A stretch of 59,693 bases of DNA from Arcobacteraceae bacterium (GCA_048268245.1 JBLWVX010000015.1:1-59693), one strand, 5' to 3'; numbered from the stretch's first letter, positions 20,381 to 29,329 are shown. The notes: a model not told the origin generated them from the sequence alone. A program made the numbers and translations.

Positions 20381-21026
20381 AATATAATTTTTTTGTATCT
20401 TCACTATCTATGTCAACTGATAGTTTATCTAAAACAATTTGACCATTTTTTATGCCAATTACCCTATCAAATGATTCAATAGCTATCTTTACATCATGAA
20501 TAGCACAGACTATTGTTTCAAAAGATTTATGAAGTAATGCAATAGATTTTTTACAAATATATTCATCTAAAGCAGAAATAGGTTCATCAGCAAGTAAAAC
20601 TTTCTTTTGAGAGTAAATTGATTTTGCGATTGCAACTCTTTGTTTTTGTCCACCTGATAAATTTAAAGACTTAATTAAAAGCTTATCTTCTGTTTCAAGC
20701 TCTTTCAAAATCTTAGTTATTTCATCCATGTTTTTCTTAAAAGGTCTAATAAGATTAACTAAATTATAAATAGTTGATTTCTGCTCTAACCTTGCTGTAT
20801 AAATATTGTGGTAAGCACTTAGGTTATTTACAAGTCCTAAATCTTGTGGTAAATAAGAAACTTCATCACTTTTTAATTCATACAATCTTTTTAAAAGTGT
20901 AGATTTACCACTTCCACTTTTACCAAGAAGAGCTATTTTTTCACCCTTCTTAATTGATAAATTAATAGAATCTAAAACTTTTTTATTCTCGTAAGAGATT
21001 GTCTCATTTTCTAAATTGAAAATCAT
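20367..21026 (-). CDS. ABC transporter ATP-binding protein (PhnC-like)
   Basis: GKSGSGKS, LSGGQKQR, LADEP. Confidence 0.9.
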   Translation of the reverse strand: MIFNLENETISYENKKVLDSINLSIKKGEKIALLGKSGSGKSTLLKRLYELKSDEVSYLPQDLGLVNNLSAYHNIYTARLEQKSTIYNLVNLIRPFKKNMDEITKILKELETEDKLLIKSLNLSGGQKQRVAIAKSIYSQKKVLLADEPISALDEYICKKSIALLHKSFETIVCAIHDVKIAIESFDRVIGIKNGQIVLDKLSVDIDSEDTKKLYYVAQ

Positions 21027-21871
21027 TAGTCGATTAACCCAATTTGTCTTGCTGTTTTTAATACTGGGTCAAAATCTCTATTTTCAGCTTTGATAAAACT
21101 AGCTCTTGGAAATGCACTTAAAATAGTTTTATCTTCTAACTTGATTAAAGCATCTTGAACTTTCTTTGTAAATCCAGCTCCATAGTTTTTATCAACATCT
21201 GCTCTGATTGTAAAATTATAATCAGGATATGCAGGAGTTTTATAAATAACTTTTACTTTTGAAGTATCAATATTACCAGCTTTTAGCTCTCTATCCCATA
21301 CTTTAAAGTTTACAGCACCTACTTCATAAGCACCACTTTGAACTAATGAAATAGTTTTAGAGTGATTTCCTGAAAAACCAACTTTTTTAAATACATCTTT
21401 TGGTGCTTTATTAAAAGTCTCTCTAATAAAATACTCTGGCATTAATCTTCCAGAAGTTGAACCTTTTGAACCAAAAGTAAAAGTTTTACCAGCAATATCT
21501 TTACTTAAGTTATCAGATTTTTCTAAACCCGTACTTTTATGAGCAATAATATAAGAGTGGAAATTTGGATCTTCAACACCTTGTGCGATTGCTTGTGAAT
21601 CTTTTACTAAAAGTCTAGCTTTTACACCTGATAAACCACCAAACCATGCTAATTGAACTTGATTATTTCTAAAAGCTGCGATTGAAGCTGCATAAGACTT
21701 AACTGGAATAAATTTTACATCAACATTAAGTTCTTTACTTAAGTATGTTGCTAGCTTAGAGAATCTCTCTTTTAGCTTTGTTTCATCCTGATCAGGAATA
21801 GCTGTAAATGTAAATGTTTGTGAGAATACTGTAGTTGCTAATAGTGCAACTAAAACAAGAATTTTTTTCAT
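21026..21871 (-). CDS. PhnD-like substrate-binding protein, putative selenium-oxyanion transporter
   Basis: AIPDQD, LAWFGGLSGV and STSGRLMP motifs; divergent from selD; start ATG 21871 after a GAGG RBS. Confidence 0.8.
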   Translation of the reverse strand: MKKILVLVALLATTVFSQTFTFTAIPDQDETKLKERFSKLATYLSKELNVDVKFIPVKSYAASIAAFRNNQVQLAWFGGLSGVKARLLVKDSQAIAQGVEDPNFHSYIIAHKSTGLEKSDNLSKDIAGKTFTFGSKGSTSGRLMPEYFIRETFNKAPKDVFKKVGFSGNHSKTISLVQSGAYEVGAVNFKVWDRELKAGNIDTSKVKVIYKTPAYPDYNFTIRADVDKNYGAGFTKKVQDALIKLEDKTILSAFPRASFIKAENRDFDPVLKTARQIGLID

Positions 21872-22121
21872 AAAAAAAACCTCAAATATTTGAAGCATTA
21901 ATGAAGAAATAAAGATAGAAAATTATACTTTATGTCCAACCTAAACCTTAGGTCTATATGCTAATTTATGTCGAAATACTATAATATCTTGTATAAAATA
22001 AAACTTAATATAACACATAAAAGTAAAATTGTCTTTACTTTTTAAGCTTTTTAAAAATGAAAAATCTGTATTATAAAAGATATAAATTATAGTAGAATAT
22101 TATCTTAAAATAAGGAGTTTT

Positions 22122-23159
22122 ATGAACAATGAATATAAATTAACTAAGTTCGTTAAAGCTGCTGGCTGAGCTGCAAAGATGGGTCCGGGGGATCTTAAAC
22201 AAACAATTTGCAATTTAAAACCAAATGACAGCAGAATTTTAGTGGGCTTTGATACAAGTGAGGATGCTAGTGTTTATCAAATAAATGATGATCAAGCTAT
22301 AGTTCAAACACTAGATTTTATTACTCCTGTAATTGATGATCCATATATTTATGGACAAATAGCAGCTGCTAACTCTCTATCAGATGTATTTGCTATGGGA
22401 GCAGAAGTTAAAACTGCTTTAAATATAGTAGGATTTGATAAAGCTAATCTATCTTATGAAGCTTTAGGAGAGATTCTAAATGGTGGAAATGAGAAGATTA
22501 AAGAGTGTGGTGGACTTTTATTAGGTGGTCATACTATTGAGTCACCTGAGATGTATTATGGTTTATCTGTTACAGGTATGATACATCCAAATGAAATAGT
22601 AAGAAACAATACAGGAAGAATTGGTGATGTTTTAGTTCTTACAAAACCAATAGGAATGGGTATTTTAACAACAGCTATTAAAAGAGATTTATTAGAACCT
22701 GCACTAATTAGAAAATGTGCAGATATTATGGCTAGCTTAAATTATCTTCCTTCAAAAATTATGAGGAAGTATAAAGTTAGCTCTTGTACTGATATTACTG
22801 GTTTTGGACTTTTAGGTCATGCTTTAGAGTCTGTAAATGAAACTACATCATTTATGATAGAGTGCTCAAACGTACCTGTAGTTGAAGAAGCTATTGCTTT
22901 AGCAAATGATGGAGTAGTTCCAGGTGGTACTAAGAAAAATATGAAATACTTAGAAGATAAAGTATCTTACATGAGTGGTTTATCACAACACTGTAAAACA
23001 CTACTTTGTGATGCACAAACATCAGGTGGTTTACTAGTAGCAATGCCAAAAGAAGACGCAGTTGAGTATATAAAAGAGCTTGAAGAATTAAGCTTTGGTT
23101 ATGCTTCGATTATTGGGGAAGTTATTCCTAAAGGTGTTAAAGATATTATAGTTCACTAA
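22122..23159 (+). CDS. selD: Selenide, water dikinase, selenocysteine-containing, 345 aa
   Basis: AAGGAG RBS, ATG 22122: MNNEYKLTKFVKAAG-U(TGA 22167-69)-AAKMGPGDL; DFITP, AANSLSDVFAMG, DITGFGLLGH, DAQTSGGLL. Confidence 0.96.
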
Positions 23160-23169
23160 CTATAATATC

Positions 23170-23571
23170 TTAATACATACTACTTATAAGCTCATCCTTT
23201 TTTTCATGAGCTATCTCAAAATCACAAGCATATAAAGAGTTTGATTTTAGAAATACAATTGAGTCATTTATAGTTTTCATAGCGTCATTTGTAAGAAGAA
23301 AATACTGCATAACTCCCTCATGAATATCAACAGCAACTAATTTCAAGCTATCACTTTCTTCTAAAGCTTTTAAGTGATTTTGTTCAAATGCAGTAAAAAA
23401 AGCCAAACAAGCAGGATCAGGAAACATAATATCATCACTTGCATGATACTTATGCTTTATAGTTACTAAATGACTATAACTTTCTAAAGTATTTTTTATA
23501 TTTATATCATTTCTGATTCTTAACATCTGATTTAAACTATCAGTTACTTTTAGTTGCCAAATCTCTTCCAT
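23170..23571 (-). CDS. Hypothetical protein (DUF695-like)
   Basis: 133-aa ORF with GAGGA RBS; weak resemblance only. Confidence 0.6.
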   Translation of the reverse strand: MEEIWQLKVTDSLNQMLRIRNDINIKNTLESYSHLVTIKHKYHASDDIMFPDPACLAFFTAFEQNHLKALEESDSLKLVAVDIHEGVMQYFLLTNDAMKTINDSIVFLKSNSLYACDFEIAHEKKDELISSMY

Positions 23572-23594
23572 TTATTTTCCTCGTAAAACTTATT

Positions 23595-24770
23595 TTATTT
23601 ATTTAGTCTATTTGTAAAGTTTTCTCCAAAAGCCTGCTCTATATAAGGTGAGATTTGCCATTGGTTTTTAAACTCTATGTATTCATTTACTACTTTGCTT
23701 ATATTTTTTGTGTCTTCAAAAAAGGCTCTAATCATTATATTTTTTGGAGTATGTTCCATATCTATGAACTCTAAAACTTGAGTTCTATATCCCATAATCT
23801 CTAAAACATTTGCTCTTAAGCTATCAGTAAGTAGTGATGCAAGTTTTTCTTTGATGATTCCGTATTTCATCATAGGAGCCATTTTTTCATTTTTGATTTT
23901 CTTTAACAGCTCATGTTGACAACAAGGCACTGCTAAAATAACCTTTGCACCCCATCTTACTGCTTGAGATAAAGCCTCATCTGTTGCAGTATTACAAGCA
24001 TGAAGTGAAATAACCATATCAACCTCACCATACTGCTTAAAACCTTTAATATCCCCTTGTTCAAACCTTAAGTCATCATAGTTTAGTTTTTTTGCTAGGT
24101 TTGAACAAAACTTGATTACATTTTCTTTTAAGTCAAGTCCTACAATCTCTACATTGTAACCCATCTTTAACACTAGATAATCATAAAGAGCAAAAGTTAA
24201 ATATGCCTTTCCACAACCAAAATCAATAATTCTAATAGTTTTGTTTTTATCTAAATAAGGAATACAATCAGAAACCAACTCTAAATAACGATTTATTTGT
24301 TTAAACTTATCGTATTTTGATTTAATAACCTTTCCTTCTTTTGTCATAATTCCAAGCTCTATTAAAAAGGCTGATTTTTCACCCTCATTTATAATATACT
24401 TTTTCTTTCTATTATGACTTATCTCTTCAAACTTTCTTGTGGCTTGCTTTTTGTTTATCTTTGCTTCACCTTTTTTGTTTACTAAAATATGATAATCCCA
24501 AGAACTTGTATGAATAAGAGCTTGTTTAAAATATGTTTCAATAAGCTTAGATAACTCTTCTTTTGTTTCGTCATTGTTTAAGTTTTTATGTTCTACATTT
24601 TTGTCATAAAAGTATTCAAATTGGTATTTTTCTTCATTTTGAATGATTACTTTTTTTATTGTTACTTTGTTGAAGGTTTTTTCTACATTTTTTTGTATAC
24701 CACTTAAAACTGAGTGTATTATGGCTTCTTCATCTACTATATTTTGTATTGCTTGAGTTATGCTTTGCAT
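23595..24770 (-). CDS. Class I SAM-dependent methyltransferase
   Basis: IIDFGCGKAYLTF, LHACNTATD, PCCQHE and HTPKN motifs. Confidence 0.88.
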   Translation of the reverse strand: MQSITQAIQNIVDEEAIIHSVLSGIQKNVEKTFNKVTIKKVIIQNEEKYQFEYFYDKNVEHKNLNNDETKEELSKLIETYFKQALIHTSSWDYHILVNKKGEAKINKKQATRKFEEISHNRKKKYIINEGEKSAFLIELGIMTKEGKVIKSKYDKFKQINRYLELVSDCIPYLDKNKTIRIIDFGCGKAYLTFALYDYLVLKMGYNVEIVGLDLKENVIKFCSNLAKKLNYDDLRFEQGDIKGFKQYGEVDMVISLHACNTATDEALSQAVRWGAKVILAVPCCQHELLKKIKNEKMAPMMKYGIIKEKLASLLTDSLRANVLEIMGYRTQVLEFIDMEHTPKNIMIRAFFEDTKNISKVVNEYIEFKNQWQISPYIEQAFGENFTNRLNK

Positions 24771-24852
24771 AGTGTTTTAAACTCCTGTTAACTTACTGCT
24801 AATTTATAAGACTATTTTTTCGTATAATATCTAAAGTGAGTTCATTTATATA

Positions 24853-25587
24853 TTAATCAATGAACTCATTTTTGTTGCCTTGGATTTTTTCTATTAGTTT
24901 GTTTCTTTGTCTTTCCCACTTATCTACTGGATCTAGTTTATTCCAAGCTTCTAATATCTTTTTATCTTTTGGTGAGATTTTCATGTCATAAGTCTTTTCA
25001 AAATAAAAATATGTTCTTGCGATATTTCCTTTTATCTCATCTCTTGGCTCTACTACTCTTCTTTTGAAATCCACTTCAAAATCCACATCTTTTCCATACC
25101 ATCTTCTCTCACCTTCGATTTGCGAAAATCTAAAGTTTGATCTATCAGCATTTAACTCACCAATGGCTGGAACTAAATTGTGTAAATCAGCTTGCATAAA
25201 TCTATACTTTTGATTTACTTTAGTACAGCACTTTCTTCCTTTGTAAGACTTGCCATTTTGTTTTACACACTGCGAATCACCCTCATACCAACATGAAAAC
25301 TGTCTACCAAAGTTTTGTGCAGGTATTACGTGTTCCCACTCTATTCTTCTAGCTCTTTTATTTTGCTTGCCTTTTTTTGTGTACTCATTTCTTGGTGTAT
25401 AACCACATGAACTTCTATCAATCATATTTGATTTATCTTTATAGTTGTATTTACAACCTGCATAAAAAGTAATCTGATTACCTTTGTAGACTTTCTTTAA
25501 AAGCTTTTTTGACTTACTAAAAGAATCAATAGTAGAATTTGCATACAGAAATGCAAAAGATAGAATAAAAATAAAAACTAAACGCAT
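24853..25587 (-). CDS. Endonuclease I family secreted DNase (EndA/Dns-like)
   Basis: Signal peptide, RIEWEHVIPA, ADLHNLVPAIGELNADRSNF, KGNIAR, QGNKN. Confidence 0.92.
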   Translation of the reverse strand: MRLVFIFILSFAFLYANSTIDSFSKSKKLLKKVYKGNQITFYAGCKYNYKDKSNMIDRSSCGYTPRNEYTKKGKQNKRARRIEWEHVIPAQNFGRQFSCWYEGDSQCVKQNGKSYKGRKCCTKVNQKYRFMQADLHNLVPAIGELNADRSNFRFSQIEGERRWYGKDVDFEVDFKRRVVEPRDEIKGNIARTYFYFEKTYDMKISPKDKKILEAWNKLDPVDKWERQRNKLIEKIQGNKNEFID

Positions 25588-25779
25588 AAACTCTCCAAAA
25601 TTTTTGAAGAAGTATAACGTATAAATAATTTCTATAGATTTATAAAAATGGGAAGTTTTAAAATAAATAATATTTTAATATGTTTTATATTTATATAGTT
25701 ATTTATTAAAAATATATCTATTTATAAGTTAAGGAAATAAAGACTAAAATCAAACAACTATATCAATTTTAGGATTAAC

Positions 25780-26001
25780 ATGAATAGTAATTATGAAAAA
25801 CGAGCTTTGATAAATACAAACAATCTAGAATGGCAAGTTCATGCTCAAAATGTATTTAAAAAAGTTTTATCAACAAAAGATGAAGAAGAAACATACATAA
25901 ACAAATATGGAAAATTTCCTAAATTACTTATCTCAAACCTAGTAGAGAAAATGAATTTTTAGTAAAAACAGATGATAACTGTGTATTTTTTAGAATATGA
26001 T
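25780..26001 (+). pseudogene. Truncated ChrR-like cupin remnant
   Basis: MNSNYEKRALINTNNLEW..VFKKVL resembles ChrR-cupin N-termini; ends early, with an out-of-frame VKTDDNCVFFR tail. Confidence 0.5.
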
Positions 26002-26039
26002 AAAAGTAAAAAATAAATTTGACTATTTACCCTCTAAAG

Positions 26040-26470
26040 TTTTAGAAAATTTAGAAAATGTAGAAAGAAGTAATATCTCAATTAGCTAATTTTTTGAAAA
26101 GGATCCTAAACCTTTTTTTACAAATACACAAGTATCAGAAGTTAGTGAAAAAGTATATTCATAAAATATGATAAAACTAAATTCTCTTAAATTAAAATTT
26201 GATTAAGAAGGATGTAAAGATTATCTTCAATCTCATTTAAATTCTATATCTACTTCTCATACAGCAACAGGATAATCTTTTAATAAAATTGGTTAAACAG
26301 ATATTATTATTCAAAATAAAAATGTTGAAAATACTTTTATTTGTGAATGAAAGATGTTAAGGAAAATAGCATTTCTAAAACCTGTAGACAAATTACTTGA
26401 AAGATAAGAGATGAATATACTTCATTAATCATATTCAATAAAAATAATCAAAACTTCTCATAAGTAATCA
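26040..26470 (+). pseudogene. Decayed PD-(D/E)xK nuclease-domain gene
   Basis: Frame from 26198 reads FD*EGCKDYLQSHLN...ATG*SFNKIG*TDIII...FICE*K, then frameshifted RDEYTSLIIFNKNNQNFS; stops at 26204, 26273, 26294, 26348. Confidence 0.65.
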
Positions 26471-26672
26471 AAATAACAAAGGAATCTTAAAATTTTTTTA
26501 CTTTTAATATCTATAAGTTTTTTACAAACTTCAAAATTTCACACTCTCAAATTCAAATTAAATATACTAATTATTAGACTCACTAGCAGTCAATAAAGCT
26601 AATAATTTTTCATAAGAACGAATCTCGTTATAAACTTACAAGAGTGAAAATAAAATTATTTTAATATTTTTT

Positions 26673-26681
26673 TGATAAAAT
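26673..26681 (+). promoter_or_regulatory. Candidate extended -10 box for the nuclease-retron operon
   Basis: TGATAAAAT about 20 nt upstream of the AAGGA RBS (26703-07). Confidence 0.35.
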
Positions 26682-26713
26682 AATAATACTTTATATTAAC
26701 AAAAGGATAAATT

Positions 26714-27718
26714 ATAATAAACTTACCATCTTATACTCACTTCAATTTAGGTTTTGGTTTTAAATACCAATATTTATTATCTATGCTACTTCATTATTTT
26801 CTTACAAATGAATTAAAACTTGAAGATTTACAAAAAGAATTGAATAAGATAATTATTAAACACAATAAAAAAAATAAAAAAAATAAAATCCATGTAAATA
26901 CATATATTTTTTTTAATCAGTTATCACAAATTTTAAATAATATAAAGAAATTAAAGTATAAAAACAATTGCTTACTAATGTTAGAAGGAGAAAATTCTTA
27001 CTTTGAAGATATAAATTTATTTGAAAAGAACTCTCAAAAATCAAAAATTTCATTTATTCAAGTTAAAGGTTCAATGGCTAATAATTCAATTGGTAGTTTG
27101 GATAATGCTATTATTTCAACAATTGCCAAATTTATTAAGAACCCTAACAGAGAATTGGAAAGTGAATTAATTTTAATGATTAATAAATCAAGTTCTAGTT
27201 ATTTAAAACTAAATTCAGACTCTGACAAAAAAGAAGCTATTATTAAAATACTTAGAAATTTAAAAGTCATCCCTTACAGTCGAAGTAAGGCAAAGTATGA
27301 AGGACTTTTTAGAATTATAGATGACTATATTGATAATAAATACTTTAATAAAAATGATATTACTATTGCAGATTACTATGTAAAACAAACTAATATTAGT
27401 TTGTACAATTTTTATAAAGATATTTTTAATGAATTAAATTTAATGAAACTAATTAATGAAATCAATAAAACTTTAAAAAAAACAAAAGTTATTGAAAATT
27501 TAGATCATAGACTAATTTACGTAATTTTAGTTAATTACTATGGAAAAAATAAATTTCACAAAATACTTTGGAATATTGAAATGAAATGTATTGATGCAAA
27601 AAAAACGAATATTAGTTTATATATAAATTACTTAACAAATATTAATTTTGACAAAAATACTATTTTTAAAATTAAATTTACAGAGAATAAAAAGGTTTCA
27701 ATTGGTAAAATTCTATAA
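26714..27718 (+). CDS. Putative retron effector: PD-(D/E)xK nuclease (Cap4/DUF4297-like), probable ATA start
   Basis: Frame open from 26711; AAGGA-N6-ATA(26714); the extension adds GFGFKYQ; later E-x6-EDI-x14-QVK (about 26984-27067). Confidence 0.6.
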   Translation: MINLPSYTHFNLGFGFKYQYLLSMLLHYFLTNELKLEDLQKELNKIIIKHNKKNKKNKIHVNTYIFFNQLSQILNNIKKLKYKNNCLLMLEGENSYFEDINLFEKNSQKSKISFIQVKGSMANNSIGSLDNAIISTIAKFIKNPNRELESELILMINKSSSSYLKLNSDSDKKEAIIKILRNLKVIPYSRSKAKYEGLFRIIDDYIDNKYFNKNDITIADYYVKQTNISLYNFYKDIFNELNLMKLINEINKTLKKTKVIENLDHRLIYVILVNYYGKNKFHKILWNIEMKCIDAKKTNISLYINYLTNINFDKNTIFKIKFTENKKVSIGKIL

Positions 27719-27836
27719 TATAGGTTTTGGTGATAAGTATAATGGTATTTTATACGGGAAAAAACATTTTGATAATGCATGTACTTTACTGAGTTCACAT
27801 TCGTTCACTTCAGTAAAGAACACGCATTATAAATTT
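27708..27836 (+). ncRNA. Putative retron msr-msd ncRNA (boundaries approximate)
   Basis: 21-bp stem 27772-92/27810-30 with 2 mismatches; small hairpin GTATAA/TTATAC (27737-55); directly upstream of the retron RT. Confidence 0.6.
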
Positions 27837-27846
27837 AGGATATTAA

Positions 27847-28914
27847 ATGTCTAATAGCAAAACCTATATTTTTGAATACAAAAAAGTAATTGATCAAATA
27901 AATTTGAAAGTTGAAAACTTCTCTTATACTATTGATGGTTGTTTTTTTATACCTCCTAAATATGATTATTATGATAAAATTATAATTAGTCACAAGTCCC
28001 TATACAAAAAGATAATTGTTAATCAAAAAAATAAAAAAAGAATTTTATTTGAGCCTTTTAGTACTTTAAAAGTAATACAGCAATATATTTTACATGAGAT
28101 CCTTTACAAAAACTCTCTAATATACAATTTAGATGAATGTGTTACAGGGTTTGTTCCAAATATTACGATTATTGATAATGCTAGGCCTCATTTAAATAAA
28201 AAAGTTTTAATAAAAATGGATATAAAAAATTTCTTCCCTTCAATCACAAGAAAAAGAGTATATGATATATTTAGAAAACAAAATAAATTTCCCTACGAAT
28301 ATTCATATTTACTTTCAAAGTTAGTAACTTTTGAAGATAAACTACCTCAAGGTTCACCTACAAGTCCTTTTCTTGCAAATATTTGTGCAAAAGGTATTGA
28401 TGCAAAAGTTAACACATTAATAAAAAAAATTATGAAAACAAAGAATATTAAAATAAACTATACAAGATATGCAGATGACTTAACAATTTCACTTGATTCT
28501 AAAATGAACTATGACTATATTATATCAGCTATTATTAATATAATTGAATCAGAAGGCTTTACTCCAAATTATAAAAAAATTAAAGTCATAAAAAATTCAC
28601 AATGTCAACTTGTAACAGGAATTGTTGTAAATAGCGATAAACCAAAAATTCAAAAAAAAGAATTAAATAAAGTTAAATTTATATTACATATCTGGGAAAA
28701 ATATTCACTTTCAGAAGCTGTTAAACTGTGGAATAAACACAAATTAGGAAAAGTATTTTTAAATAGTGAAAATGCAGAAGAACAATTAATTGATATCATT
28801 CAAGGGAAAATTAGTTTCTATGTAAAAGTAAATAAAAATCAATCAGCTTTTCTGCTAGATAAATATAAAGAATTAAATAAAAAACAATATGAAATAAATT
28901 TTTTAAATAATTAA
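27847..28914 (+). CDS. Retron-type reverse transcriptase, 355 aa
   Basis: NARPH (NAxxH, region X), MDIKNFFPSI, LPQGSPTSP, YTRYADDLTIS, QLVTGIVVN (VTG, region Y). Confidence 0.93.
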   Translation: MSNSKTYIFEYKKVIDQINLKVENFSYTIDGCFFIPPKYDYYDKIIISHKSLYKKIIVNQKNKKRILFEPFSTLKVIQQYILHEILYKNSLIYNLDECVTGFVPNITIIDNARPHLNKKVLIKMDIKNFFPSITRKRVYDIFRKQNKFPYEYSYLLSKLVTFEDKLPQGSPTSPFLANICAKGIDAKVNTLIKKIMKTKNIKINYTRYADDLTISLDSKMNYDYIISAIINIIESEGFTPNYKKIKVIKNSQCQLVTGIVVNSDKPKIQKKELNKVKFILHIWEKYSLSEAVKLWNKHKLGKVFLNSENAEEQLIDIIQGKISFYVKVNKNQSAFLLDKYKELNKKQYEINFLNN

Positions 28915-29172
28915 GTTTAATAAGTTCTTAATATAGAAAATACTTCATACATTTTTAGAGATATTGAATACTTTTAATAAAAAACAACTTAAATCCCAAC
29001 TTTTATGATAAAAGTTGATGAAAAGTGATAAGAATTAATAAAATTTGGTCATACATAATAGTAAAATAAAATTTACCATTTTATTAAGTTAAAATGAATT
29101 ATATATTAGATAAAATCTCTGAATTATTTTGTAAGAAAATATGATTTTAAGGGGAGTTTAGCCATTTTTAAA

Positions 29173-29271
29173 TGGCGAGAAGGTGTAGGAATCGAACCTA
29201 CCGAGGCGCGTACACACGAACCTCCGATCAGGGTTGAAGCCTGCGGTGTCCACCAGGATCACATACCCCCC
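29173..29271 (-). tRNA. selC: tRNA-Sec (anticodon TCA)
   Basis: CAGG-CT-TCA-AC-CCTG anticodon arm, long variable arm, GTAGG-TTCGATT-CCTAC T arm, GCCA end; divergent from selA. Confidence 0.93.
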
Positions 29272-29329
29272 GCTTAAAAGAATTGAAATCTTACACCATT
29301 TTATTTTAAAACTATCTGAAAGGGTAAAT

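Noticed and set aside
26342..26350. C-E-UGA as a selenocysteine site
   Set aside because: Several TAA stops lie in the same frame and there is no GGG hairpin; it is a pseudogene stop
26505..26650. Short hairpins upstream of the nuclease (e.g. AACGA-ATC-TCGTT) as an alternative retron ncRNA
   Set aside because: Stems are only 4-7 bp in very AT-rich DNA, much weaker than the 21-bp stem next to the RT; kept only as a fallback location
26741..27745. Possible DGR template/variable repeat pair (NLGFGFKY versus NIGFGDKY)
   Set aside because: The match is only about 15-30 nt, the differences are not adenine-specific, and the RT has retron motifs rather than DGR ones
27648..27854. 68-aa ORF bridging the nuclease and the RT
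   Set aside because: TTG start inside the upstream gene with no clear RBS; covers the structured ncRNA candidate. Probably not coding, though not excluded.
27847..28914. Group II intron or CRISPR-associated RT
   Set aside because: No maturase or endonuclease domain, no intron domain V seen, no cas genes or array; NAxxH and VTG indicate a retron
25600..29200. Prophage or integrative element with att sites at selC
   Set aside because: No integrase, no phage genes and no duplicated selC 3' end found by eye
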